Source: an uncultured Spirochaetales bacterium (GTDB lineage: Bacteria; Spirochaetota; Spirochaetia; Sphaerochaetales; Sphaerochaetaceae). From it: a stretch of 64,000 bases of DNA. The notes beneath the pieces were generated by a model. That model searched no databases. It had not been told where the DNA came from and saw only the letters and a program-made list of their open reading frames with translations. The position numbers and the translations under genes were made by a program. The stretch is taken from NCBI GenBank assembly GCA_934276485.1, contig CAKQTE010000040.1:5208-69207 (forward strand), read 5' to 3'. Shown piece after piece: positions 8,813 to 19,152 of the stretch (positions are counted from its first letter, which is position 1; each line of letters starts with the position of its first letter).

Positions 8813-11800
8813 TTGGTACAACTATCAATTTCAGATTGTCGATTTTGATACTATCAACTTCATTACAGGTAAAACAGGTAGTGGAAAATCAACAATCATT
8901 GATGCTATGCAATTGGTTCTCTATGGAGACACTCGAGGGGCATATTTCAATAAAGCTGCTAACCAAAAATCAAATAGAGACTTAAAGGGATATCTTTATT
9001 GTGATATCGGAGACGATGGGGATGTTGGAACCAAATACAAACGTGATAAGGAAGTATTCTCGTCTCATGTTGCGTTGGAGTTCTTTGACGATGATTCAGG
9101 AAAATACAATGTATTTCTTTTTGTTGCAGATTGCCAAAAGGACTTGAACATTTCATATAAGTGGTTTGTTGTGACAGACACTCAAATTCCCTCAACAGGC
9201 TATGTACAAGATAGTACTCCAATGTCTATAGGTGTTCTTAGGCGTTATTTTGATTCAAAGAAGATCAATTATTCCATATATGACACCAATATCGCATACC
9301 AGAAAGAATTGGATGCGAGGATGGGATACGTAGGGGAGCGCTATAACACACTTTTGAGAAAAGCTGTTCCTTTTGCTCAAGTCGATAACATTGCATCATT
9401 TATTACAGAAAACATCTGTACTATCGATAACAATACAATCGATATCGATAAGATGGCTGAGGATATTCGCTCCTATAAGAGTTTGGAAGAAGCTGCAGAG
9501 CTTGCTAACAAGAAAATAGAAAGCTTGGAGAGAATTGAAGAAAAAGTCACCAGCTACGATGAAACAAAGAATGAAGAGAGAATCTACGAATATGTTATCA
9601 AGAATGCACTTTTTAATGAGCTGAAAGTACAGCTTGATGAAATAAATCGAGAATATACAGCGAAAATCAAAGAGAAAGATAGGCTTTCTTTAAAGCTCTC
9701 TGCATTATCATCATCAATTGAAGACCTGGGGCAAAAGAGAGATAGCCTCAATCAAGAGAAATACGCAAATGATAGCTTCAAAAGACATGAAGAGCTAAAG
9801 AAAGACCTGGGGCTTGTAAAAGAGGAAATCCAGCGCATAGAGTTTGATTACAATGCAAAAGTGGGTCAAATCAGGAGTGTTGCATCAAAGTGGATTGATT
9901 TCATTGTAAATAACAGTGTTAAACAAGAGCCTGAGTATACATACCAAGCAAAGGGCCTGGATGTATTAAATGCTTTTGATTTCAATGTAGGTGCATTAAA
10001 GAAAGAACTTGATGGCTTTTATGATTTCTATACACGAGAAATGCATAGCAAAGAGAGTGAACTAGCATCCCTAGAGAATGAACTTGATTCTTTAAGAAAG
10101 ACTATCAAGGAACTTGAGAGTGGTATTAAGCCATATCCAAAAAAGGTCCAAAATCTCATTAATCTGATAAAAAAGAATCTCAATATAACACCAATGGTCT
10201 TTGCTGACGAAATAGATTTGAAAAATGAAGAAGATAGACCTTTTATCGAAGCATACCTCGCTGATAGGCGTTTCACACTCTTCGTTCCTAATGAATATGA
10301 AGAGATGGCATTGGAACTTGCTCGTAGTGTAGATGGCCCTGTGTCCATTGCATGTTTTGATCAAGATGTTTCTTCAAGCGTGAAACCAAACTCATTGTTC
10401 AACCTGTTGATGTTCTCCGACTCGCGTATCGAGAGCTATGGCAAGATGCTTCTTTCTGCTGTCATTCTTTCGGAGCATCCATCTCTAGACAATTCTCTAT
10501 CAAGAGATTTAACACTTATCGAAAATGGCGCTTTATGGCGTTTGGATCCAGAGAATGCATCCTCTCCATTCATTGGAAAGAAATCCATTGAGCTAATACT
10601 CAATGAAAAAAAGAGAAAAGCAGAAGATATCGAAGAGATGATATCTCGCTTGAATGACGATGTTGCTGTATATCGAATGTTCCTGACAGAAGACAAAATC
10701 ATTTCTCTAGACAGAGAGACTTTGATTAAGAATAGCTTTGATGAATACAAGTATTTAGATGTCCTTGAAAATAAGATGCATGCTCTTGAAAAAGAACTCT
10801 CATCTTTGGATATGGATTACATCAACAAGCTCGATCGAGAGATAAGCCATATCTCAGAGGAGATTAAAAAGAAGAAACAAGAAGAGAGCGTTATATTTTC
10901 TCAAATTGAAGAGATCAAGCCCCTTATCTGGCGTCTTGAAAACGAGATACCTTCTCTAGATGAAGAAATTGCTACTCTTGATAGCTTTATCAAAGAAAAC
11001 TACGAAGAGTTTTGGATTCAAGAAGTTGGAGATGTTAAGTATCAAGAGATTCTATCACGCGATAGTAGTGCTAGTAGCAGAGCTCTTAGCGAGCGCTACG
11101 CACCTAGGCTTGTTGCTATCAAAAATAAGCTTGAAAGATATAAGCAAGAGATTGAATCAGATCACGCTGTGTATAACAGTAAATATCATGCATCATACGA
11201 TATCCATGATTTGACTAACGCTAAATACAATGAAGAGCTAATCAAGCTGAAGGATAACGACCTTCCTGAATATATAGAGAAGATTGGGAGTGCGAAAGAA
11301 AAAGCTATCAAGAGATTCCAAAATGATTTTATCAACAGAATCAGAGGAAATATCGAGGATGTCGAATCCCAGGTTGCTGAGTTAAATAGAAACCTCAAGA
11401 CATATCATTTTGGAACAGATACCTATCGATTCTCTGTTAGCCCTAACAAGGACTATGAGAAATATTACTATATGTTCAAGGACCCAGAGCTTCTTTCTGG
11501 AGGAGATACTCTCTTTGCAGGTTCCTTCAGGGATAAATACAAGGATGAGATGGACACTCTATTCATGTGTTTGATGGGAGAGTCCGAAAATATGGACGAG
11601 AAAGAGAGAAGAAACAAGGAAAAGCTGATCCAGACATATACTGATTACAGAACATATCTTTCTTTCGATTTGAATGTAACGAACGATAAAGGAGACACTC
11701 AGCGACTATCGAAGACTTTCTTCAAAAAGTCTGGAGGCGAGGGACAGCTTCCATTCTACATTGCGCTTCTCGCATCATTTTCCAATGTATGTAGAGTCAG

Positions 11801-12032
11801 ACAGCGAACCAGAAACAACACAATAAGACTTGTCATATTGGATGAAGCTTTCAGTAAGCTTGATGGAGAGAGAATAAGGGAAGGAATAAAGATCTTGCAG
11901 GAATTTAATTTGCAAGCTGTGTTCTCAGCTCCTCCTGAGAAAGTTCCAGATATCGCACCTTTGGTTAATAAGACACTTATTGTCTACAAAGATGACAAAC
12001 ACTCATTTGTTCGGGAATTCCAGAAGGGCTAA
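8781..12032 (+). CDS. jetC: Wadjet JetC (SMC/MksB-like ABC ATPase)
   Basis: 1083 aa. Walker A GKTGSGKST near the N-terminus, long charged coiled-coil middle, signature-like SGGEGQ and Walker B LVILDEAF near the C-terminus. Confidence 0.9.
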   Translation: MKKLTKLLLTNWYNYQFQIVDFDTINFITGKTGSGKSTIIDAMQLVLYGDTRGAYFNKAANQKSNRDLKGYLYCDIGDDGDVGTKYKRDKEVFSSHVALEFFDDDSGKYNVFLFVADCQKDLNISYKWFVVTDTQIPSTGYVQDSTPMSIGVLRRYFDSKKINYSIYDTNIAYQKELDARMGYVGERYNTLLRKAVPFAQVDNIASFITENICTIDNNTIDIDKMAEDIRSYKSLEEAAELANKKIESLERIEEKVTSYDETKNEERIYEYVIKNALFNELKVQLDEINREYTAKIKEKDRLSLKLSALSSSIEDLGQKRDSLNQEKYANDSFKRHEELKKDLGLVKEEIQRIEFDYNAKVGQIRSVASKWIDFIVNNSVKQEPEYTYQAKGLDVLNAFDFNVGALKKELDGFYDFYTREMHSKESELASLENELDSLRKTIKELESGIKPYPKKVQNLINLIKKNLNITPMVFADEIDLKNEEDRPFIEAYLADRRFTLFVPNEYEEMALELARSVDGPVSIACFDQDVSSSVKPNSLFNLLMFSDSRIESYGKMLLSAVILSEHPSLDNSLSRDLTLIENGALWRLDPENASSPFIGKKSIELILNEKKRKAEDIEEMISRLNDDVAVYRMFLTEDKIISLDRETLIKNSFDEYKYLDVLENKMHALEKELSSLDMDYINKLDREISHISEEIKKKKQEESVIFSQIEEIKPLIWRLENEIPSLDEEIATLDSFIKENYEEFWIQEVGDVKYQEILSRDSSASSRALSERYAPRLVAIKNKLERYKQEIESDHAVYNSKYHASYDIHDLTNAKYNEELIKLKDNDLPEYIEKIGSAKEKAIKRFQNDFINRIRGNIEDVESQVAELNRNLKTYHFGTDTYRFSVSPNKDYEKYYYMFKDPELLSGGDTLFAGSFRDKYKDEMDTLFMCLMGESENMDEKERRNKEKLIQTYTDYRTYLSFDLNVTNDKGDTQRLSKTFFKKSGGEGQLPFYIALLASFSNVCRVRQRTRNNTIRLVILDEAFSKLDGERIREGIKILQEFNLQAVFSAPPEKVPDIAPLVNKTLIVYKDDKHSFVREFQKG

Positions 12033-12034
12033 TC

Positions 12035-13237
12035 ATGGATTACAAGTTTTATGTGCTATCAACATTGTTGGATAAATATGAAAACAGCGTACATTTCAAG
12101 CTCGTTAAATGTAATAGAAGGGTTTTCTTTGATTGCAGAAAGGACAAAGAGCTAAAGCATCTATTGGAATCAAGCGATGAGTATGAAGCCTTTGAAAAGG
12201 TGGTCAATCAACTCAAAGACGAACGGGTAATTACTGTTGAATACTTCAATTACAATAACCTAATTGGTGAGATTTCATTGAACCTTGATGATGATAGCAT
12301 CAGAAAAGCTTATCGTATGATTGATAGAGAGCCTCTTCTTGATATCTTATTAGCTCTCGAAAAAGAACTGAAAGATACGATAGAAGTAGTACCTCTAGAG
12401 TCCCAAAACTATCTAAAATCCCTATTGGACAAAGTATTACATGATAGAAAGCTTCCACGTGGATTCAAACGAGACATAGAATTCAATAGAAACCTTATAT
12501 CTGTATTCAGAGAAGCTGTTACGAATACAGATATTCTTACAGAGCGAGTATTTAGTATCAAAGTGCTTGGAGACAGTAAGATATTTGAGAATGAATATAG
12601 ACAAGCTTTGATTACAATGTTGAAGCATATGTCAGACAATGAACTTATAGACAATGAGATTCTTGAAGAGCGGGGCATTGTCAGATATCCAGAGGTGATA
12701 GAGTTTGCAGGTAATATTGCTTTTACGCTAAAAGATGGCTCTGTTGTTGACTGCAGTAAGATGAAATGGGGTGCATATATAAACTCTGATATGATCAAAC
12801 AGGTAATTGAGGCAACCATTTATGCAGATTCAATTTTGTTTGTTGAAAATAAAGCTAACTACTACAATCTTCTTCCTGCAAGAAAGGACAATGAGATTAT
12901 TGTATTCCATGGCGGTGTGTTCAGTTCTATAAAAGGTAAGTTCTTCTCTCTTTTGAAGAAAGAAGGTATGAGCTATAGGCATTGGAGTGATATCGACTGG
13001 GGAGGATTTAGAATCTTTACGCGTTTGCGTGATACATTCTTTCCCCATTTGATTCCATATAAAATGGATGTAGAGACTCTTTTGGATAATATTGATAAAG
13101 CAAAACACATCGAAGATATGGAGTATATCAATATGCTTTCTGAGATGCTGAAAGATGAGAAATACAATGTCTTTCACAGCGTAATTCAAACAATGATTGA
13201 CCAAAAGATAAGACTTGAACAGGAGTGCGTAGAATGA
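12035..13237 (+). CDS. jetD: Wadjet JetD (Toprim-domain nuclease subunit)
   Basis: 400 aa. The C-terminal half has Toprim-like ILFVENKANY (Glu) and HWSDIDWGGFRIF (DxD). Starts 2 nt after the jetC stop. Confidence 0.85.
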   Translation: MDYKFYVLSTLLDKYENSVHFKLVKCNRRVFFDCRKDKELKHLLESSDEYEAFEKVVNQLKDERVITVEYFNYNNLIGEISLNLDDDSIRKAYRMIDREPLLDILLALEKELKDTIEVVPLESQNYLKSLLDKVLHDRKLPRGFKRDIEFNRNLISVFREAVTNTDILTERVFSIKVLGDSKIFENEYRQALITMLKHMSDNELIDNEILEERGIVRYPEVIEFAGNIAFTLKDGSVVDCSKMKWGAYINSDMIKQVIEATIYADSILFVENKANYYNLLPARKDNEIIVFHGGVFSSIKGKFFSLLKKEGMSYRHWSDIDWGGFRIFTRLRDTFFPHLIPYKMDVETLLDNIDKAKHIEDMEYINMLSEMLKDEKYNVFHSVIQTMIDQKIRLEQECVE

Positions 13238-13827
13238 GTGTAAACACCTTGGATTACTACAATAACAATGCCGATGTTTTTGCTAAAGGCACAATAGATG
13301 TTGAGATGCATACTCTTCAAGATAAGTTTTTGTCTTACCTCGATAAAGGTAGCTTTGTTTTGGATCTTGGATGTGGAGCGGGGCGGGACTCTGCATATTT
13401 TCTATCTAAGGGTATGAGAGTTGAAGCTGTTGATGGCTCTGAAAAACTTGTTGAAATTGCAACTGTAAATACATCTCTTCCTGTTAGGCATCTGCTATTT
13501 GAAAACCTTGATTACAAAGATGTATTTGATGGCATTTGGGCATGTGCATCTTTGTTGCATGTTAAGAAAGATGATATTAAAGAAATCCTAAATAAATGCT
13601 TTATGGCATTAAAGGTGAATGGAATATTCTACTTATCTTTCAAACAAGGGAACTTTGAGGGAGAAAGGAATGGACGATATTTCAGTGACTACACTCTAGA
13701 TGAAATTGAATCGATTCTTTCCTCTTTTGATAATAATATAGTCCTAGATGGTTTTATCACAAAAGATGCTCGTCCTGATAGAACAGAGTCTTGGGTTAAT
13801 GTGATAGTAAAGAAAGTCAGGGGATAG
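13234..13827 (+). CDS. Class I SAM-dependent methyltransferase (small-molecule type, Methyltransf_11/25-like)
   Basis: Motif I VLDLGCGAGRDSAYF, acidic motif II (EAVDGS), DGIWACASLLHV. No DPPY/NPPY or cytosine-C5 motifs. The ATG at 13234 overlaps the jetD TGA (ATGA). Confidence 0.85.
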   Translation: MSVNTLDYYNNNADVFAKGTIDVEMHTLQDKFLSYLDKGSFVLDLGCGAGRDSAYFLSKGMRVEAVDGSEKLVEIATVNTSLPVRHLLFENLDYKDVFDGIWACASLLHVKKDDIKEILNKCFMALKVNGIFYLSFKQGNFEGERNGRYFSDYTLDEIESILSSFDNNIVLDGFITKDARPDRTESWVNVIVKKVRG

Positions 13828-13829
13828 TT

Positions 13830-16284
13830 ATGGAAAAGGGGACATTGGTTTTCACAGGAGGAGATAGAGAAGAATCTCAATTGTTATCTTCTTTAGCTCA
13901 TGACATAGAATCATCTGATCGTATTGAATTGATAGTATCCTTCTTGATGGAATCCGGTGTTCGTCTGTTGCTTCCATCCCTACAGAAAGCTGCAGAAAAA
14001 GGAGCAAGAATAACTATTGTTACAGGGCTATATCTAAATTTGACGAGTCCTTCTGCCTTGTTTTTGCTTCGCTCTGCGTTAGGCGATAAGATTGATCTAC
14101 GTATCTATCAAGATAAGAATAGATCCTTCCATCCAAAGTGTTATTTCATAACCAAAGATGGAAAACGATCTGCTTATATTGGCTCATCCAACATGTCTTC
14201 CTCTGCACTTCTATCAGGTATCGAATGGAACTATAAGTTGACAGGCGATAGTGATAAACAATCTCTTGATAGCTTCTATTCAGAGTTCGAAAACGTTCGT
14301 GATAACGATAGCATACCTCTTACAGACGATATGCTCTCTGCATATTCCAAGAGTTGGAAATGCCCTGAAGTCATTAAGAGCATCAAAGAAACAATAAGTG
14401 CTACAGTTGAACCAAGAGGCGCACAAATTGAAGCTCTGTATGCATTGGATAAAACACGAAGAGATGGTTATACAAAAGCTTTGATTTCAGCTGCAACTGG
14501 TATCGGAAAGACATATTTGGCAGCATTTGATAGTAAAAGCTTTAAACGAGTGTTATTTGTTGCACATAGAATCGAAATTCTAAAACAAGCCAAAGCTAGT
14601 TTTGAAAATGTCAGAGGAAATGCTTCTTATGGCTTCTTTACAGCAGATATAAAAGATAAGAATGTGGATGTTCTATTTGCATCAGTCCAAACACTGTCCT
14701 CAGGCGAATACTTGAATCCTAATTGGTTCTCTCCTGATTATTTTGATTACATAGTTGTTGATGAGTTCCATCATGCAGTAAGTAGTGCTTATCAGAAGAT
14801 ATTGGATTATTTTACTCCCAAGTTCATGCTCGCACTCACAGCAACTCCAGAACGCTATGATGGAAGAGATGTCTATATCCTATGTAATTACAATGTTCCT
14901 TTCTCAATTGATTTAAGACAGGCTATCAACAGAGGCCTTCTTGTTCCTTTTAGATACTATGGAATATATGACATGGTAGATTACTCTGGAGTAAGGATTG
15001 AGCATGGGCGCTATTCTGAAAGTGAACTCACATCTTTATATAAAGCCTCGTTAGAGAGAAAAGAACTTATCTATAAGAACTACATGAAATATAGAGGCCA
15101 ATATGCACTCGCGTTTTGTTGCACTATTTCTCATGCAGAGGATATGGCAGAGTACTTTACTTCAAAAGGAATTCGTGCGTGTGTTGTTTGCTCCTCATCT
15201 CAAGGAGGATTGTTTCTAGATCGAGATGTTGCGATCAAAAAGCTACAGAATCATGAGATAGATATCATAATTCTCTGTAGATATGTTCAATGAAGGTGTG
15301 GATATTCCAGAGCTGGATTTGGTGATGTTCTTGCGTCCAACAGAATCTCCAGTTGTTTTCTTGCAGCAAATGGGAAGAGGCTTGAGACTTTGCAAAGGTA
15401 AGGAATATCTAACGATCCTAGACTTCATAGGAAACTATAGAAATGCAGGAAGAGTTCCCTCTTTGATAGGCGAAGAGATGGGAGAGAGTATGTCTCTTCA
15501 TTCTCCAGATGCAAACTACAACAGTGCATATCGCTATCCAAAGGGATGTATCGTTGATTTTGAGCTTAAGCTATTGGATGTCTTTGAAAGAATGAGAAGA
15601 AATTCCTTGAGTTCAGCTCAAAGGGTTCTTGAAGATTACAAATCTGAGTACGACAAGATAAGAAATGAATATGATGTTGTTACTTTGATAGATTTCATCT
15701 CGTCTGTTGATATGGATGTGTTCTTGTCTGCATATTCAAATACATCATTAAGTGGAAAAAAGTCCCTGCCAAAGCTTTTGCAACATTTCTTATCATTCAA
15801 GAAAGAGATGAATGATCTAAATGATGACGAAAAGTCCTTGCTAGAAACTGTTGGAGAGAGATTTCTAAATAGAATTGGATCAATGAATATGGAGAAATCA
15901 TATAAGATTCCAATTCTTTTGGCTTTCTACAACAATGGGAATATCAAGAGCGCCATTACAGATGACGATGTATATGCTAGCTATAGGGATTTCTACCTGC
16001 GGGATGGAAACTGGAAGGATTTGGAGAAAGGTAAGACTACCAATGACTTCAGATCTTGGTCAAAATCACGATATATAGCAGAGGCTAAGAAGAACCCTAT
16101 AAAGATGCTATGTAGAACCGATGAGTTCTTCTATATTCCAGAAAATGGAAATGAGCTTCTAGCTATAGACGAAAGCGTGTTATCCTATTTTTCGAATCCA
16201 ATGTTTATTAGACACTTCAAGGGAATATTGGATGCTCGATGTGCTTTATATTACAGAGCAAATTTCTTATCGAACGAGAACTAA
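13830..16284 (+). pseudogene. SauUSI-like type IV restriction enzyme (PLD nuclease, SF2 helicase, C-terminal domain) split by a +1 frameshift
   Basis: ORF 13830-15293 has the single HKD motif HPKCYF...IGSSNMS, Walker A AATGIGKTY, DEAH box VVDEFHH and LTATPER. ORF 15283-16284 continues with helicase motifs V and VI (DMFNEGVDIPE, QQMGRGLR) and about 270 aa more. Deleting one A at 15269/15270 restores HEIDIIFSVDMFNEGVDIP. Confidence 0.8.
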
Positions 16285-16310
16285 ATTTTATTGCTATTAG
16301 TGAGGATTTT

Positions 16311-17468
16311 ATGAAAGAAATCAAAAGTGAAAGTGAGCTAACGTTTTTGGAAGCTACAAGCATTATTGTAGGACACGGTGTAGGATCAGGAGTGCTTGCT
16401 GTTCCATATCTTGCTTCTAGAAACTCATGGAGCCATTTTCTATTGATAATCGTAGCTGTATATCTAATCAACTTGCTACTGCATTTGATGATTGCAGAGT
16501 TGAGTTTGAATAATAAGGGTGGTCAATTCATTACTATCTTTGAGCAAGAATTGTTTAAAGGAAAGGTTGGTGCATTCTTCAGCTGGCTTTCATTTGGTAT
16601 CATGGGATTTTCAGTGCTGGTTAACGTTGCAGGTTTCATAAGTGGAGGCGGGGCTGTATTTTCATCCTGGTTTGGTCTTCCTGTAAGAGTATCACAATTG
16701 TTGTACTATCTATTGGCAACATTGGTTGTATATATGGGCATGAAAGCTGTTGGAATTGCAGAGAAGATATCTGTATTTTCGATGGTTGGCGTAATTGGAA
16801 TCATATTTGTTGCAGTAATGCTTGGAGACTTGAATCCTCTTCCTTCTTACTTTGTAGCATCATCAAATGTACTTGCATTGTATTCAATGGTTGCATTTGC
16901 ACTCTCTGCTGTAATGAGTGTTCCTCAAGTTGTTAAGGGTGTTAATGGGGACGTTAAGAAGATAAAGGGTTCCATTGCACTAGGCACAGGAATCAATCTT
17001 CTGCTTGTTGTTGCAATTACATTCATGACACTTGTTGGAATGGGCTCATCAATTAGCCAGAATGGAGCATTGGTAGACCTTGCGGGAAAGCTTGGTGGAT
17101 GGGTTGGCATCATAGGATATCTATTCTCGCTACTAGCTCTATCCTCATCTTTCTGGGCAAATACATTGAATCTAAGGGATATCATCAGTGAAAAGACAGG
17201 TTGGAACAACAAGATAAGCTGGTTTGCATCTTCTTTCCCTTGCTTGGTGCTTGCTCTCCTTGGATTACAAGGCTTTGTAGGATTTACCCGTCTTGCAGGA
17301 GTTGTGCAGGTATTAACAGGCATAGGAGTAATATGTGCATACAATATCTCACGTAGGCGTGTTGGGGAAAGCTTGATCTGTGGAAAGTTCGGATCTCTTC
17401 CATTCCAGATTATCGTTGTTCTAGGTTCTGTTGCTTCAACATTAGGTTCCCTAATAAAGGTGGTATAA
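16311..17468 (+). CDS. Amino-acid/aromatic amino-acid permease-like transporter (Trp/Tyr permease family-like), paralog 1
   Basis: About 385 aa from ATG 16311 (RBS GTGAGGA) and about 11 TM segments. Shares MIAELSL, LFKGK and VPQVVKG..KKI blocks with the 19153 gene. Confidence 0.75.
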   Translation: MKEIKSESELTFLEATSIIVGHGVGSGVLAVPYLASRNSWSHFLLIIVAVYLINLLLHLMIAELSLNNKGGQFITIFEQELFKGKVGAFFSWLSFGIMGFSVLVNVAGFISGGGAVFSSWFGLPVRVSQLLYYLLATLVVYMGMKAVGIAEKISVFSMVGVIGIIFVAVMLGDLNPLPSYFVASSNVLALYSMVAFALSAVMSVPQVVKGVNGDVKKIKGSIALGTGINLLLVVAITFMTLVGMGSSISQNGALVDLAGKLGGWVGIIGYLFSLLALSSSFWANTLNLRDIISEKTGWNNKISWFASSFPCLVLALLGLQGFVGFTRLAGVVQVLTGIGVICAYNISRRRVGESLICGKFGSLPFQIIVVLGSVASTLGSLIKVV

Positions 17469-17469
17469 G

Positions 17470-18246
17470 ATGGATGGCTTTAATGATATATCAATAGATA
17501 GAGTTGCAAGCTCTATCTTGAGTTTGTTGGGTGTAGAAAGAGATAGTAATATGGCGCCTCCTATTGAAGATATAGTTGCAATAGGATCTTGCGATAGAGT
17601 CTTTATGTATAATCCTGATGCTATTGCTGAGTGGATATATGAAGCATATAGAGAGGACTTTTCACCAATTCTAAAGGATGCAACACTGAACCTAGAGATG
17701 CTATCGATGGTTCCACCTAAAACACCTGTATGCTTTGCTTCCATGTATTCAGGCCTTCTTCCTGATAAGCATGGCATACAGAGCTACACTAAGCCTGTAC
17801 TGCAGTGTACTACAGTATTTGATGTCCTAGCTAAGATGAAAAAGAAGTGCGCAATAGTATCGACAGAAGGCGATTCTATATCAATGATATTTTTAAATCG
17901 TGATATCGATTACTTCATCTACAAGACAAAAGAAGAGTGTAATGATAAAGCCATCGAGCTTATCAAAGATGATAAGTACGATCTTATAGTCCTTTATAAT
18001 GGAGATTACGATTGGGCAATGCATAGATTCTCGCCTGAAGGAAAGCGCACTCTTCGTGCTCTTAGAGAGAATATTGCAACATACGAGCGGATTAAGAAAG
18101 AAATCAAGAAAGAGTGGAAGGGCCATAAGACAGCGTTAGCCTTTGCTCCTGATCATGGTTGCCATAAGTGCTATGGATTTTTAGGAACTCATGGCATGAT
18201 GATTTCGAAAGATATGAACAGTAGACACTTTTGGACGGTGCTGTAG
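17470..18246 (+). CDS. Compact alkaline-phosphatase-superfamily enzyme (nucleotide pyrophosphatase/phosphodiesterase-like)
   Basis: 258 aa. PPKTPVCFASMYSGLLPDKHGI resembles the NPP nucleophile loop (PTxTxP..S..TG..P..HGI). GDYDWAMH, APDHGCH and GTHG correspond to metal-ligand motifs. Confidence 0.65.
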   Translation: MDGFNDISIDRVASSILSLLGVERDSNMAPPIEDIVAIGSCDRVFMYNPDAIAEWIYEAYREDFSPILKDATLNLEMLSMVPPKTPVCFASMYSGLLPDKHGIQSYTKPVLQCTTVFDVLAKMKKKCAIVSTEGDSISMIFLNRDIDYFIYKTKEECNDKAIELIKDDKYDLIVLYNGDYDWAMHRFSPEGKRTLRALRENIATYERIKKEIKKEWKGHKTALAFAPDHGCHKCYGFLGTHGMMISKDMNSRHFWTVL

Positions 18247-18260
18247 CTTGGAGGAGTGTT

Positions 18261-19094
18261 ATGTTTGGAAAGAAGACGATTGCAAAGATTATTATTGAAG
18301 GCACTATCGAAGATGAGGGAGAGAAATACTCTCAAAAGTGGCTTCTTGGAACGATCAAGAAACTTGAGGATAAGGATGATGTGATAGGTCTTATTCTATA
18401 TATCGATTCTCCAGGAGGAGGGGTTTTCCAGTCTGATGAAGTGTATTTGGCTGTACAACACTATATTTCAAAGACAGGAAAACCTGTATTTGCATACTTT
18501 GCATCTCTTGCAGCTAGTGGTGGTTACTATATTGGCTGCAGCGCAGACAGGATTGTTGCAAACAGAAATACATTGACTGGTTCAATTGGTGTGATTTGTG
18601 GTCGATTCCTGGATGTCTCTGATTTTATCAATAAACATGGAATAAAAGATGAGATAATCCATAGTGGTAGAAACAAGACCATGGGACACATTGCAACTCC
18701 TGCAACAGAAGAACAGAAGGCGATCATGCAACGTATTTCAGATGAGTGCTATGAACAATTTGTTTCCATCGTTAGAGATAATCGTCATCTTTCTGTAGAG
18801 AAAGTCAAGGAGCTTGCAGATGGGAGAATCTACACAGCAAAGCAAGCAAAGGAATGCGGACTTATAGATGAGATCATGCCATTTGATGAGATGAAAGAGT
18901 ATATGCTCAAGACTATTGGTAAGGAAGACGAGAAAGCTTCTGTTGTTGAATATAAATTCAAAGGCAAAAAAAGTGTTTTGCAAAAGATGCTCAAGGGACA
19001 GGCGAGTGCTACTTCTGAAATGATTTCGTCATATGCAAAAGCAAAGACTCCTTATCCTGCATATTACTTTGATGCTGAGCGTTTCGGACGTTGA
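18261..19094 (+). CDS. sppA: S49-family peptidase (SppA 36K-type) lacking an N-terminal membrane anchor
   Basis: IDSPGGGV and ASLAASGGYYIG (Ser nucleophile region) match the ClpP/crotonase-fold S49 family. Start taken at MFGKKTIAKI. No hydrophobic N-terminal segment. Confidence 0.8.
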   Translation: MFGKKTIAKIIIEGTIEDEGEKYSQKWLLGTIKKLEDKDDVIGLILYIDSPGGGVFQSDEVYLAVQHYISKTGKPVFAYFASLAASGGYYIGCSADRIVANRNTLTGSIGVICGRFLDVSDFINKHGIKDEIIHSGRNKTMGHIATPATEEQKAIMQRISDECYEQFVSIVRDNRHLSVEKVKELADGRIYTAKQAKECGLIDEIMPFDEMKEYMLKTIGKEDEKASVVEYKFKGKKSVLQKMLKGQASATSEMISSYAKAKTPYPAYYFDAERFGR

Positions 19095-19152
19095 GCATCG
19101 TACTTGTGTTTGTCATCTATCTTAATTTTTAACATTTTGTTATAAATAAAAC

